64,000 nt of DNA from a virus. The translations under genes and the position numbers were made by a program. Within the stretch, counting starts at the first letter, position 1. Each line of letters begins with the position of its first letter. Shown here piece by piece: positions 38,628 through 48,728 of the stretch. Below the pieces are notes generated by a model. The model saw only the letters and a program-made list of their open reading frames with translations, was not told the DNA's origin and made no database searches. The DNA lies in the IMG/VR virus record IMGVR_UViG_3300023223_000669, positions 96,001 through 160,000 of that record. The stretch is one strand, 5' to 3'.

Positions 38628-39059
38628 ATGCGACTTGTTGATGTATATTACGATCGATTTTTAACGAAGTATTCAATTGATTCTACGACTGAATGTTGGA
38701 TTTGGGATGGTTGTAGGGACCAAGATGGATATGGTCAGTTTCATTATCAGAAGACGGTACGAGCACATAGGTTCATCTATGAATATATCTATGGTCCTAT
38801 TCCCGATGGTATGACAGTACATCATAATTGTGGTATTAGAGAGTGTGTGAATCCAGACCATTTAGAGCTTCTGTCTTGTAGAGATAATGTTTTACAAAAT
38901 GGGGGTCCTACTGCTATCAATGCCGCCAAAACACACTGTAAGCGTGGCCATAGTTTTGACGAACCCAATACTTATGTAGATAAGTATGGTCATAGAACCT
39001 GTCGTGCATGTCGTAAGCTTCGTAAACAAAAAAGTCAGGCTAGGTATCAACAGTCATGA
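38628..39059 (+). CDS. HNH homing endonuclease (paralog of 36644)
   Basis: CWIW, RAHRFIY, VHHNCGIRECVNPDHLEL, KTHCKRGH. Confidence 0.9.
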   Translation: MRLVDVYYDRFLTKYSIDSTTECWIWDGCRDQDGYGQFHYQKTVRAHRFIYEYIYGPIPDGMTVHHNCGIRECVNPDHLELLSCRDNVLQNGGPTAINAAKTHCKRGHSFDEPNTYVDKYGHRTCRACRKLRKQKSQARYQQS

Positions 39060-40030
39060 AAATTCTATATATAGGCTTGCTTTACAACTATGGCAAGAAA
39101 GCAGAAGGGTTTTCTTACGAACACTTTAACCTAGAAGCTGGTTTCAAGGACTGTGCTGACCGTGGCATGTTTCAAGTAGATAGTCTCTACCCCGATGAAT
39201 GTAGCAATATTCATAGTGCTGCGTTGGAACTAGTCATTGATGGTGGATATGATGCTATTTTCCATGTTGCTTTCAATGAGCATTTGGATTTCCCGGAGTC
39301 AGCAGCAAAGCTGGCCATCAAGAAAGAGATCCCCGTGATTCAATGGGACTGTGATTCGTCTTGGCGGTTTGGTCATTGGATTCAGCCACGCAAAGATCGT
39401 GTCAGTCACTTCGTTACGACACATTCGCGTACAGTAGAGTGGTATGAGCGTTTTGGCATGAAAATCATCAAGTCTCAATGGGGAGGTTCTCCGTACTACC
39501 ACCCAAAGGGTGGTGATATTCAGTATGACGTGACGTTTGTTGGTCAGAAACATGGTCGTATGCCTGATGGTCGTTTTCTACGCTCTGAGATCGTAGACTC
39601 TATTCTGGCATCAGATATTCAAATTGATCTCTTTGGTAATTATTGGGAAGGATATGAGAATTGGCATGGTTATCTCACCAGCTTCCATGATATGATCGAT
39701 GTTTTTGATACAAGCAAGATTTGTCTCAATCTGTCGAATCCGTGGCACCATGGTACTATGCCTCAAATCAAGGGTAGACACTTCGAGATCCCGCAGACCG
39801 GCAGATTGCAGGTTTGTACCCCGGCGGACGACTTGGAGTCTTATTTTGAAGATGGCAAAGAGATTGTTATTGCCAAGACGCCCGCCGAGTTGATTGAGAA
39901 GCTACAGTATTACTTGGATAACGAAGAAGAACGCGAGACTATCGCCAAAGCTGGCCGTGATCGCATGCTTGCGGACCATCAGTGGTATCACCGCTTCGAG
40001 CGTATTTTCAAAGAGGTTGGTATCCTATGA
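39056..40030 (+). CDS. CgeB/Glyco_trans_1_2-like glycosyltransferase
   Basis: YDVTFVGQ, SKICLNL, IKGRHFEIPQTG, LESYFEDGKEIV. Confidence 0.85.
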   Translation: MKILYIGLLYNYGKKAEGFSYEHFNLEAGFKDCADRGMFQVDSLYPDECSNIHSAALELVIDGGYDAIFHVAFNEHLDFPESAAKLAIKKEIPVIQWDCDSSWRFGHWIQPRKDRVSHFVTTHSRTVEWYERFGMKIIKSQWGGSPYYHPKGGDIQYDVTFVGQKHGRMPDGRFLRSEIVDSILASDIQIDLFGNYWEGYENWHGYLTSFHDMIDVFDTSKICLNLSNPWHHGTMPQIKGRHFEIPQTGRLQVCTPADDLESYFEDGKEIVIAKTPAELIEKLQYYLDNEEERETIAKAGRDRMLADHQWYHRFERIFKEVGIL

Positions 40031-40677
40031 CTCAAGGCTATAACAAATTCAAAGATTCGCCTGACAATCATGACTTCATGACCAGCGATCATATCGCTGG
40101 GTTTCTGCGTAATCACAGGACTGGACTTGATAATCGAGGCCGTCATACTCTTGCTAGGCTTGTTGCATCATATGATGACCCTAAAGTCTTAGATGTTGCT
40201 TGTGGTACATGTGTGAATTGGGAAGTTTTCAAGACGGCTGGTGTTACATGTCGGTATGTAGGCTTGGATCGTACGGAAGGAATGTTGCGTGAGGCTGATA
40301 AACGTTACGGCGGCGAGATCAGTTTACATCATGGTTATGTACAAGAAACATATTTGCCTGATGATTTCGCTGACATAGTGATCATGCGACATATCCTTGA
40401 GCATCTTCAAGAGGGCTACGAAGATGCTATCCGCGAGGGACTTCGGGTTGCCTCTAAGGAACTCGTAGTGGTGTTTTTCCTGGAACCTTCTAGTGCGGCC
40501 GAGGATGATATCAGTGAATCTGAACCTGATGAGAATGGCTGCACGTACTTCTGGAACATTTATAGCTGGGACAAATTTACAGAGTTTGTTGTTGGCCTTG
40601 GCGTGCAGATGAAAGTAGGGCATGTGGCTACTCCTGGAGCGGCCCATGCGGATACTATTGTACGATTGATCAAATGA
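40027..40677 (+). CDS. class I SAM-dependent methyltransferase
   Basis: VLDVACGT, YVGLD, ADIVIMRHILEH. Confidence 0.85.
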   Translation: MTQGYNKFKDSPDNHDFMTSDHIAGFLRNHRTGLDNRGRHTLARLVASYDDPKVLDVACGTCVNWEVFKTAGVTCRYVGLDRTEGMLREADKRYGGEISLHHGYVQETYLPDDFADIVIMRHILEHLQEGYEDAIREGLRVASKELVVVFFLEPSSAAEDDISESEPDENGCTYFWNIYSWDKFTEFVVGLGVQMKVGHVATPGAAHADTIVRLIK

Positions 40678-41492
40678 TTCCCGATATCACATACTTCATT
40701 CTCGACTACAATCCCCGCTGTCAAGAGCAGGCAACTACATATCTTGATTTATGTATGCGGTCATTGTACTCGAACCGCAATTCAAGCCTGACGAGCGAAG
40801 TCTATGTGATCGATCAGGGCAATATTTATATAGACTACAAGAATGAATTAGCTAATAAGTGTTCTGATTACTGTTTTAATTTTATCAGCCTGGATGAAAA
40901 CAAAGGCATTTCGGGTGGCATCAATCTTGCTGCCCGTCTGAGCCGCAGTCCATATCTATGTCTAGTGACCTCGGACACAATATTCACTCCTGCCCTTGAT
41001 ACGGTTCTTTTAGGAGAATTGGAAGCCCACCAAGATATCTACCAGATCACTCCTGCTGTGGATAAAGGCGATGTACCGTATCAAGTGCAGGGGTATACGA
41101 ATGATACTGACCCTATCCGTTGTATCTCTCAGGAGCTTACGATTCAATGCTGGAAACGTGAAGTGTTTAGCATGATAGGCTATTGGGATGAGCGATGGCT
41201 CGCTTGCTATGAATCGCTTGACTATCCTTTGCGTCTGTTTTTAAGAGGCCAGATGTCGGCTGCTATCACACACAAGATCGCATGCCACCACGAACACAAT
41301 ACCACGCTTCACAATGGTTCTTTGGCGGACGCCTACGGTGGTGAGTTCGAGCATGCCCCTTTGCGGCGTATGTGGGATGAGAAGTGGCCCAATCTTGATT
41401 GGGATATGATGTATGATTTGAACCAATACACAGAGAGGGTTCGTCAAAATCTTGTCTTGAAATACCTACGTAACATTAGTTTGTATTATTAA
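40674..41492 (+). CDS. GT2-like glycosyltransferase
   Basis: VYVIDQG, NKGISGGIN, LVTSD, IGYWDE, ESLDY. Confidence 0.75.
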   Translation: MIPDITYFILDYNPRCQEQATTYLDLCMRSLYSNRNSSLTSEVYVIDQGNIYIDYKNELANKCSDYCFNFISLDENKGISGGINLAARLSRSPYLCLVTSDTIFTPALDTVLLGELEAHQDIYQITPAVDKGDVPYQVQGYTNDTDPIRCISQELTIQCWKREVFSMIGYWDERWLACYESLDYPLRLFLRGQMSAAITHKIACHHEHNTTLHNGSLADAYGGEFEHAPLRRMWDEKWPNLDWDMMYDLNQYTERVRQNLVLKYLRNISLYY

Positions 41493-41497
41493 TTGCC

Positions 41498-42106
41498 ATG
41501 CTAACGATGACTGAAATTTTTGATAGCGAGGGCGGCGACAAAGGATCTTTCTTTTGTCATGTTGGCACAACCGAGAACCTTGCACATGGGTATACTGCCG
41601 TGTATGAGAAGTACATGGAGTCATGCCGCAATGAGCCAATCAAGATGCTAGAAATTGGCATCTGCTCTCCGTTTTATCCAGGTGCTTCTCTTCGGTCTTG
41701 GTATCGGTACCTGGAACAAGCAGAGATTTTTGGCATTGACATCGTTGAGTGCTCTCGATTTGAAAACGACCGGGTGCAAACCTTTGTAGTCGATCAAACC
41801 TCTAAAATTCAATTGCAGACGTTTGCGGCTGACATGCCGTCATTTCGCTTTATCATTGATGATGGCTGTCATGACCATAGGGCCATTTTGATTTCTCTTG
41901 GTGCCTTGTTTCCCAAGCTTGAGAGTGGTGGCGTGTACTTTCTTGAAGACCTACACGTTGTAGATCGTACTGAGCTTCTTGGGCTGAAAGACCGTATGCT
42001 AGTGACATCACATATCACACGAGAAGAATGTGAGTACATCAACGAGAACATAGCAGACGTAATGTTTACTGACGACAACAAGATGTGCGTCATCACAAAG
42101 AAGTAA
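41498..42106 (+). CDS. MycE/TylE-like sugar O-methyltransferase
   Basis: MLEIGI, GASLRSW, IFGIDI, DQ, FIIDDGCH, GGVYFLED. Confidence 0.75.
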   Translation: MLTMTEIFDSEGGDKGSFFCHVGTTENLAHGYTAVYEKYMESCRNEPIKMLEIGICSPFYPGASLRSWYRYLEQAEIFGIDIVECSRFENDRVQTFVVDQTSKIQLQTFAADMPSFRFIIDDGCHDHRAILISLGALFPKLESGGVYFLEDLHVVDRTELLGLKDRMLVTSHITREECEYINENIADVMFTDDNKMCVITKK

Positions 42107-42120
42107 TGAGGAGTTTGAAT

Positions 42121-42942
42121 ATGTCTAATAAAGTATGTTTCATCATAGCCCACAAGTATTTCAGAGGGTACGAGTCGTATCTCAGCTACTACATTGACAA
42201 CATTCAAAGGCTCTACCCAGAGGCATTGACCATTGTAGTTGACAACAACTCACAGTTTACAGAGGACACCTTTGGTCCCCTGAGGGAGTATGACAACGTG
42301 ATTCTATTAGAGAATGACATTGAATGCAAGTTTGAGCTTGGTGCTTATCAAGTTGGCATGAGATATCTTATCGACAATGATCTACTCGGTGAGTTTAGCT
42401 ATTGCATCTGTACCCAAGACAACTTTGTTCTTAAGAACAAGTATGACTTCAATGTCTTAGTAGAAGAAGGCACCTATGCATTACCTATCAATTCGATGTA
42501 TGCAGATGGAGCACGTCAGGACGTTTGTGATCATGTTCTGAACATATTGGGCATGAATGATAATTGGGACAAGATTAACTTTTGTTGGTGTAGTAGTTTT
42601 GTTGTTGCTACTCATAAGGTAGAACAATTGTACGGCTGGCTCAGCCAAATTGTTCAGGCTACTAGGACCGACAGTGAAGGTGCAGAAAGATATCTAGCTA
42701 GACTTTTGTGGGAACTCAACGAAAGACGAGACTGTGGCGATATCGACGGTACTGCTGCCGACCTACACATTAGGCATTATGACACATGGCAGGTAGATAT
42801 TCGCGGCGATGCCACGTCTTATTTCGTGAAGAAGGTTCAGCAGAAAACCGAGCATACTGTAGATAAAGATACTCCTCAGATTGTAGTGCCTCCTCAAGTT
42901 ATGGTTCGTACGCCCCCTATCATTAAACGAGAAAGTAAATGA
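42121..42942 (+). CDS. putative glycosyltransferase-like protein
   Basis: IVVDNNS, FELGAY, CTQD; position in the glycan island. Confidence 0.5.
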   Translation: MSNKVCFIIAHKYFRGYESYLSYYIDNIQRLYPEALTIVVDNNSQFTEDTFGPLREYDNVILLENDIECKFELGAYQVGMRYLIDNDLLGEFSYCICTQDNFVLKNKYDFNVLVEEGTYALPINSMYADGARQDVCDHVLNILGMNDNWDKINFCWCSSFVVATHKVEQLYGWLSQIVQATRTDSEGAERYLARLLWELNERRDCGDIDGTAADLHIRHYDTWQVDIRGDATSYFVKKVQQKTEHTVDKDTPQIVVPPQVMVRTPPIIKRESK

Positions 42943-43715
42943 CACGTTTTGCGGTTTGCGGGGATTCTGGAGCTGGAAAGACAACGATGGCGACGACTTT
43001 GGCTCGTCATTTGTCGGGTGTAGTGATTTTAGAATGCGACAGATATCATCGATGGGAACGCAATGACCCCCATTGGAAATACTATACTCATTTGAATCCA
43101 GGAGCTATTGAACTTGGTCTCATGAATAGAGACGTACAAACGTTGGAAGAACATAAGAGTATCTTTCGGAGAGGTTACGATCACGCGACAGGTAGATTTA
43201 CACCAGACCAAGAGATCAAGCCCGCAGACAATATCATTGCCTGCGGATTGCATACATTCATATGTCCAGAAGGATTGTATGATGTTAGTATTTTCATGGA
43301 TCCAGATCCCGTGCTGAAAACCCAATGGAAGATTTCCAGAGATATTGGCAAGAGAGGCTACACCCTTCAAGAAGTAAAGAAGCAAATTGCAAAGCGACAA
43401 AAAGACTATGTGTCGTTCTTGCAACCCCTTATGTTGCGTGCAGATGTCATTGTGAATTTTTGTACCGAAACTGGTATCTACACTGATTCGATTAAAGGGA
43501 TTGGAAGGTTTCTGAGGGTCTTCATTAGGGAGACCTATCAAACAAGCGACATACTGAGTAAATTTGACGAACTGGACCTTGATTATAGCTTCTCAGAAGC
43601 AAGTGATCGACCGGAGTTTTGGCAAATAGATATCAAGCAGATCAGTAGTGGTTACTATTATGATTACGTTGTACTATGCGTACTAGACATTGCGAGACAA
43701 AATGAAGCATCCTGA
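42939..43715 (+). CDS. phosphoribulokinase/uridine kinase family P-loop kinase
   Basis: GDSGAGKTT, CDRYHRWER, YDHATGRF, GLH, RDIGKRG. Confidence 0.85.
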   Translation: MTRFAVCGDSGAGKTTMATTLARHLSGVVILECDRYHRWERNDPHWKYYTHLNPGAIELGLMNRDVQTLEEHKSIFRRGYDHATGRFTPDQEIKPADNIIACGLHTFICPEGLYDVSIFMDPDPVLKTQWKISRDIGKRGYTLQEVKKQIAKRQKDYVSFLQPLMLRADVIVNFCTETGIYTDSIKGIGRFLRVFIRETYQTSDILSKFDELDLDYSFSEASDRPEFWQIDIKQISSGYYYDYVVLCVLDIARQNEAS

Positions 43716-44373
43716 ATTGATCGATCTAGGAATCCAGTTGTCGGATTTTGTCGTGGGTACTGAGGGTAACGTATCACAAAGAACAGAACGTGGGTTCGTC
43801 ATCAAGGCTAGTGGTAAATCCTTGAAGCACATGAATGATGACGCACTTGTACACTGTGACACTGACGGTAGACCCTTGCCTGATCAGCATGGGATGGAAT
43901 CAGTTAGGCCAAGCATGGAGGTCAGTTTTCATGTCTGGATTTACAAGAACTCAGATTACAGCTTTGTGGCTCATACACACCCCACAAACGTCTTGAAGAT
44001 TCTATGCTCCCCCTGGGCTGCCATAGGACAATTTGCAAGCAAGAGACTTTTTCCAGATCAGGTAGTATTCAATGGTGCCAGGGCTTATGTCGTTCCATAT
44101 GCTACCCCAGGTGAGGATCTGACAAATGCAATTATGAATGCGGTTCTGCCGGGCGTGTCGGTGCCTAGTCTGTTTCTACTCAAGAATCATGGCATTATTT
44201 GCTGTGCCAATTCAGTACAACAAGCCGTGACCATGACCGAAGTCTGCGAAAAAGCAGCGGAGATTTTCATTGGAGCCCACGCTCTTGGCGAACCCACTTT
44301 CTTGAGCGATCGACAGGTGCTTGCCATTCAGGGGCATCCGGATGAGGTATATCGACATGATCATTCGAGTTGA
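43702..44373 (+). CDS. class II aldolase/adducin family protein
   Basis: EGNVSQR, IKASG, PSMEVSFH, HTHP, LKNHG. Confidence 0.88.
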   Translation: MKHPELIDLGIQLSDFVVGTEGNVSQRTERGFVIKASGKSLKHMNDDALVHCDTDGRPLPDQHGMESVRPSMEVSFHVWIYKNSDYSFVAHTHPTNVLKILCSPWAAIGQFASKRLFPDQVVFNGARAYVVPYATPGEDLTNAIMNAVLPGVSVPSLFLLKNHGIICCANSVQQAVTMTEVCEKAAEIFIGAHALGEPTFLSDRQVLAIQGHPDEVYRHDHSS

Positions 44374-44665
44374 CATCGATGAGACCATTTGTTTTTATAA
44401 AGAGGAGATCGCTCTTGATGGTAAAAAGAACTATGGTGCGGCAATACCACACCATAAGAATATTGCCAAGATCAATGCTCTATATGATGCTGGCAACATC
44501 ATAATCTACTGGACCTCTAGAGGCAGCAGAAGCGGTATCGATTGGACTGAGTTTACAGAGCGACAACTGAACGAGTGGGGAGCAAAGCACCACGAACTAC
44601 ACTGTGACAAGCCCTACTACGACGTGTTCGTAGAAGATCGCAGCGTCAGGATTGAAGAACTATGA
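44357..44665 (+). CDS. small HAD-family phosphatase (capsule-locus type)
   Basis: DIDETIC, WTSRG, KPYYDVFVED. Confidence 0.75.
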   Translation: MIIRVDIDETICFYKEEIALDGKKNYGAAIPHHKNIAKINALYDAGNIIIYWTSRGSRSGIDWTEFTERQLNEWGAKHHELHCDKPYYDVFVEDRSVRIEEL

Positions 44666-45303
44666 ATCACATGGACGACATTCACTTGGAGAATAGAGGG
44701 AAGCTCATTGGAGAGAACAAAGACCTCTTAGAGCAGACGGCCTTTCTTGAGTTTGGGGTGTATCATGGAACCTCCATGTTGATGTGGCATGGCCTGTATG
44801 AGCGTTACGACGTGTCTAAAAACTTCATTGGTTTTGATTCCTTTCAAGGCATCCCAGAAGAGACAGAGGATGAGAACAGTATTGATGATTGGAAAGAGGG
44901 AAGCTTTAGCACTAATGGTGTAATCAATCCAGACTTGTGTAAGCCAGACATCCGACTGGTCAAAGGCTTCTTTAGTGATTCTTTGACTGATGATGTCGTC
45001 AAGATGTTGGGAGGCACTAAGGTTGGCCTCGTTCACATGGACTGTGATACATACTCTTCTACGAAAACAATTTGGGAATGGCTGCTCAAGCATGATCTTC
45101 TAGCGTTCGGAGCCTTGGTGGTCTATGATGACTGGGGAGGTTATCTCAAGGGTGGGTGTGGTGAATATGATCTTGGTGAGGCCAAGGCCCACCGAGAGAT
45201 TGAAGCGGAGCATAACATCCATTTCACAGACCTAGGCAGGTACATTGTTGACCCTACGTTCTACGTAGTAAAGATGTTTAGATATGAAGATTATTTCTCA
45301 TAG
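44662..45303 (+). CDS. TylF/MycF-family O-methyltransferase
   Basis: LEFGVYHG, GFDSFQG, VKGFFSDSL, VHMDCDTYSS, VVYDDW. Confidence 0.88.
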   Translation: MNHMDDIHLENRGKLIGENKDLLEQTAFLEFGVYHGTSMLMWHGLYERYDVSKNFIGFDSFQGIPEETEDENSIDDWKEGSFSTNGVINPDLCKPDIRLVKGFFSDSLTDDVVKMLGGTKVGLVHMDCDTYSSTKTIWEWLLKHDLLAFGALVVYDDWGGYLKGGCGEYDLGEAKAHREIEAEHNIHFTDLGRYIVDPTFYVVKMFRYEDYFS

Positions 45304-45727
45304 AGGCAACATCCGTGGGCCTAACCCCAAAAAAGAAAACATGCCGCTGTACGTAGACGAGGCCATAGGGCTGGGTTTTGATGTAGAAGTTGATGTCAGA
45401 GTGATAGATGGTAAGGTTTACCTTGGTCATGATGGTCCTGACTATGAAGTAGATTTAGATTGGCTTCTTGAAAGAAGGCATAATCTTTGGGTCCATTGTA
45501 AGAATTTGGAAGCAGCACACTGGCTCGCTACTGACTTAAGATGTTTTTGTAGCATAAGCGATCCTTTTTGTTTCATTACTCAAGGTTATTTATGGTTAAA
45601 TGATTTAGAAGTTGAACCAACGGATAATTGTATTGTACCATTACTGCATACTGATGACCTCAAACGCTACAGGTTTATGGGTGAACCCTGGGGCGTGTGT
45701 ACCGACTATCCAATGGAGATCAAATAA
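45284..45727 (+). CDS. short GDPD/PI-PLC-like phosphodiesterase
   Basis: IISHRGN..EN, GFDVEVD, LGHD, WVHCKN, GVCTDY. Confidence 0.75.
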   Translation: MKIISHRGNIRGPNPKKENMPLYVDEAIGLGFDVEVDVRVIDGKVYLGHDGPDYEVDLDWLLERRHNLWVHCKNLEAAHWLATDLRCFCSISDPFCFITQGYLWLNDLEVEPTDNCIVPLLHTDDLKRYRFMGEPWGVCTDYPMEIK

Positions 45728-47268
45728 TGCCGCGTGATATTCAATTAATTATACCGATGGCTGGTAGTAGTGAAATGTTTACGAACGTTGGCCCCAAATG
45801 GCTAATTGACATAGATGGCAAACCCATGATTCAACATGTAGTTGATCAATTTCCTGGAGTTACGGACATACTATTTATTTGTAACAAAGAGGAATTACAA
45901 AATCTAGATGTGGCGAACGCACTAAAGTCATTAGGAGGTAGAGTAGTTGGAGTAAATCCAAACAGCAACGGTCCAGTGGACACTATACTTCAAGCTATAG
46001 AATACATCTCAGATGAAAAAGAGATTGTAGTGAGTTATTGTGATCATGGAATGGTTTGGAATTTTCACTCCTTTCTAGAAGAGGTTAGGCGTGGAAATTT
46101 TGATGGTGCCATGACTTGTTACAATGACTTTCATCCACATACATTGGGAACGACTGGTCTATACACCTTTTGTAGACAAAAAGACAACAAGCTCTTAGAG
46201 GTACAGGACAAGAAGCCTTTTATAGAAGAGAGGAGTTCTGAGTTTGTTTCAAGCGATGTATTTTACTTTAGGAATGGTGGTATACTGAAAAAGTATTTTG
46301 AGACGGCTATCGACAAACCGGGCATGAGTTATGATGGGAATTACTTTGTTGCTCTGGTATACAACTTGCTGATAGCAGACAACTTGAATGTTCATGTCCA
46401 TAAAATTGACACAATGTTATTGTGGGCCACACCAGAGGATCTGGAGGTTTACAAACAATGGTCAAGATACTTTGCCCAGAAGAAGCAAAAGACAGATAGG
46501 GCACCAGAGCAAGACTTCACGTTGATCCTGCCTATGTCGGGCAAGGGTACGAGATTTGCTAGGGCAGGGTACAAGTTGCCGAAACCACTACTGCCTGTTG
46601 ATGGTAAGCCGATGGTTGTTCAGGTTGCGGAGTGTTTACCAAGACATACAAATGATGTTTTTATCTGTTTGGAGGAGCACTCTATTGGTCGTACGCTTCG
46701 AGATCATTTTCCTAACTCGATAGTGCGGATTATTGATTATGTTACGGAGGGCTATGCTGCTTCGTGCGAGTTGGGAATTGACCTTATTGATGAAGATAAC
46801 CCTATCATGATTTCTCCCTGTGACAATGGAGTTTCGTATGACGAGCAAGCATTTTTGGACATGGTTGCTGACGAAGATAACGACGTGATAGTTTGGTCTT
46901 TTAGAAACAGTCAGGCGAGCAAGACAAATCCAGCCATGTATACTTGGATGGATGTTGATGAGAACAATTTTTTGTGTGACATGCTTTATAAGCAAGTGCC
47001 CAAGGGAGATCCTCTAAAGACTCATGTCAGTGTTGGCATTATGTATTTCAGAAAAGCCAAGTACCTCTTGGAAGGTCTCAGAAAGAATCGTGAACAAAAC
47101 AAAAGACCAATTGGCGAGCTTTGTATAGATAGTGTTGCACATCAACTTGCAGACAACAACTACAAGGTTAAAGTATTTGAAGTAGATCATTATGCTTGTT
47201 GGGGAACGCCCGGCGACTATAAAGCCTATCAATTTTGGGAAAATCATTTCGCATGTTCGCCGTCTTAG
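45727..47268 (+). CDS. tandem two-domain nucleotidyltransferase (NTP_transferase/GlmU-like)
   Basis: IIPMAGSS..PKWLIDIDGKPMI and ILPMSGKGTRF..PKPLLPVDGKPM; both end in L/CWG/ATP-x-D. Confidence 0.85.
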   Translation: MPRDIQLIIPMAGSSEMFTNVGPKWLIDIDGKPMIQHVVDQFPGVTDILFICNKEELQNLDVANALKSLGGRVVGVNPNSNGPVDTILQAIEYISDEKEIVVSYCDHGMVWNFHSFLEEVRRGNFDGAMTCYNDFHPHTLGTTGLYTFCRQKDNKLLEVQDKKPFIEERSSEFVSSDVFYFRNGGILKKYFETAIDKPGMSYDGNYFVALVYNLLIADNLNVHVHKIDTMLLWATPEDLEVYKQWSRYFAQKKQKTDRAPEQDFTLILPMSGKGTRFARAGYKLPKPLLPVDGKPMVVQVAECLPRHTNDVFICLEEHSIGRTLRDHFPNSIVRIIDYVTEGYAASCELGIDLIDEDNPIMISPCDNGVSYDEQAFLDMVADEDNDVIVWSFRNSQASKTNPAMYTWMDVDENNFLCDMLYKQVPKGDPLKTHVSVGIMYFRKAKYLLEGLRKNREQNKRPIGELCIDSVAHQLADNNYKVKVFEVDHYACWGTPGDYKAYQFWENHFACSPS

Positions 47269-48155
47269 ATATCAATAGGTCCAAAATCTGTTATCACACT
47301 CATCCATGCGTGTGGACTAGTGAGTATTACAAGTATTGCTTACACCTACTCATTTTGTCTTTACAACTGATTGACCAACCGATCAATATCATCTTGGGGA
47401 CTATCGATTACAATTTTCGAAACACAAACAGAACTCTTCGGTTGGACATTCAGTCAGAGCATACCTTAGTGAAGCGTGGCGGAAGAGATGTTGGCGAGAT
47501 TGTGTGGGGAGACGTGGATCTTTTGGACGAGGAGGGTAAGTACCTCATCAGGATACCAAACTATGAGTATTTCTCCAAGCTCGATGCTACCATTGAATAC
47601 AGTCTTCCAAACATGGTAAACATGAGCACTAATGATAAGTACTCAGGCTACCTTGAAACCGCGACTTACGTAGCTCCAGTCATCTATTTTTCACCAGACT
47701 TTCAAAACAGACAAGGGACAGCGACGATCACCATGTTCTCAAACAATCCATGTGAGAGGAGACTTGAGTTCTCCACGAGGGCTAGAGACATTGTGAATAT
47801 TCAAGGCGTCTTTTCCAAGGAAGACTTGAGGCAGGTTTACCATACCAGCAGGGTGATGGTCAATGTCCACCAGACTGATCATCACCACACCTTTGAGGAA
47901 CTAAGGGTATTGCCCGCATTGTGCAATGGCGTGGTGATTGTGTCCGAAGACGTTCCTCTAAAAGATAAGATTCCTTACGCAGACTCTATCGTATGGTGTT
48001 CCTACGAAGATCTCGTTGAAACGGTTGAAGATGTACAACATAACTATAAACTTTATTTCGAGAAGATCTTTACGAGTAACCTAGAGGAGCACATCAGACA
48101 GCTCCATAAAGATAACATCGAAGGTTTGACTGATTTAATCCGTCAAATAGCTTGA
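47253..48155 (+). CDS. hypothetical protein, possible GT-B-like C-terminus
   Basis: SRVMVNVH..FEELRVLPALCNGVVIVSE resembles Glyco_trans_1_2 tails. Confidence 0.5.
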   Translation: MFAVLDINRSKICYHTHPCVWTSEYYKYCLHLLILSLQLIDQPINIILGTIDYNFRNTNRTLRLDIQSEHTLVKRGGRDVGEIVWGDVDLLDEEGKYLIRIPNYEYFSKLDATIEYSLPNMVNMSTNDKYSGYLETATYVAPVIYFSPDFQNRQGTATITMFSNNPCERRLEFSTRARDIVNIQGVFSKEDLRQVYHTSRVMVNVHQTDHHHTFEELRVLPALCNGVVIVSEDVPLKDKIPYADSIVWCSYEDLVETVEDVQHNYKLYFEKIFTSNLEEHIRQLHKDNIEGLTDLIRQIA

Positions 48156-48180
48156 CACACCTAGGGTAAATTGATATAAT
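48152..48180 (+). promoter_or_regulatory. consensus sigma70 promoter (probably leaderless transcript)
   Basis: TTGACA-N17-TATAAT with extended TG; ATG 5 nt downstream. Confidence 0.8.
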
Positions 48181-48185
48181 AAGAT

Positions 48186-48728
48186 ATGGGTCGTACACTT
48201 GATTTAGAAGGTCAGAGATTTGGTATGTTGGTGACTACCAATACATTAAAACTTGTTAAATATCCTTCGAGAAGCAGTACTGTGCGTTTATGTCATTGTG
48301 ATTGTGGCCAGTCAGTATGGTTACCAACTAATTATTTGACTTGTGGCAGAGTCAAGGCGTGTGGCTGTAGACGGCAAACGGCACCTGGCCGTGCGGCTAG
48401 AAATCAGATATTGGATGGATATAAACGTGGAGCAATAGAGCGTGGTCTAGAATGGAATTTAACGGAAGAAGAGTTCGATCATATTACTGCTATGAATTGT
48501 TTTTATTGTGGTCAGTTACCTAGTAGAGAAAAAATAACAAGAGGTAATAATGGTAGTTTTGTTTATAACGGAATTGATCGCAAAGATAATAGTAGAGGGT
48601 ATTTGACTGACAACATAGTACCCTGCTGCTCTATTTGCAACAGAGCCAAGCGTGCAATGTCGTTTAATGATTTTATTCAATGGTTAGAATGTTTGGTTGA
48701 GTATAGGGGTGTACAATGCGGGTCTTGA
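48186..48728 (+). CDS. HNH-like homing endonuclease
   Basis: GQRFGML..LCHCDCG; CFYCG..GIDRKDNSRGY..NIVPCCSICNRAK. Confidence 0.85.
   Translation: MGRTLDLEGQRFGMLVTTNTLKLVKYPSRSSTVRLCHCDCGQSVWLPTNYLTCGRVKACGCRRQTAPGRAARNQILDGYKRGAIERGLEWNLTEEEFDHITAMNCFYCGQLPSREKITRGNNGSFVYNGIDRKDNSRGYLTDNIVPCCSICNRAKRAMSFNDFIQWLECLVEYRGVQCGS

Noticed and set aside
41476-41490. TTAGTTTGTATTATT as another late-promoter copy
   Set aside because: Needs an insertion to match, lies within the end of a CDS and is in AT-rich context
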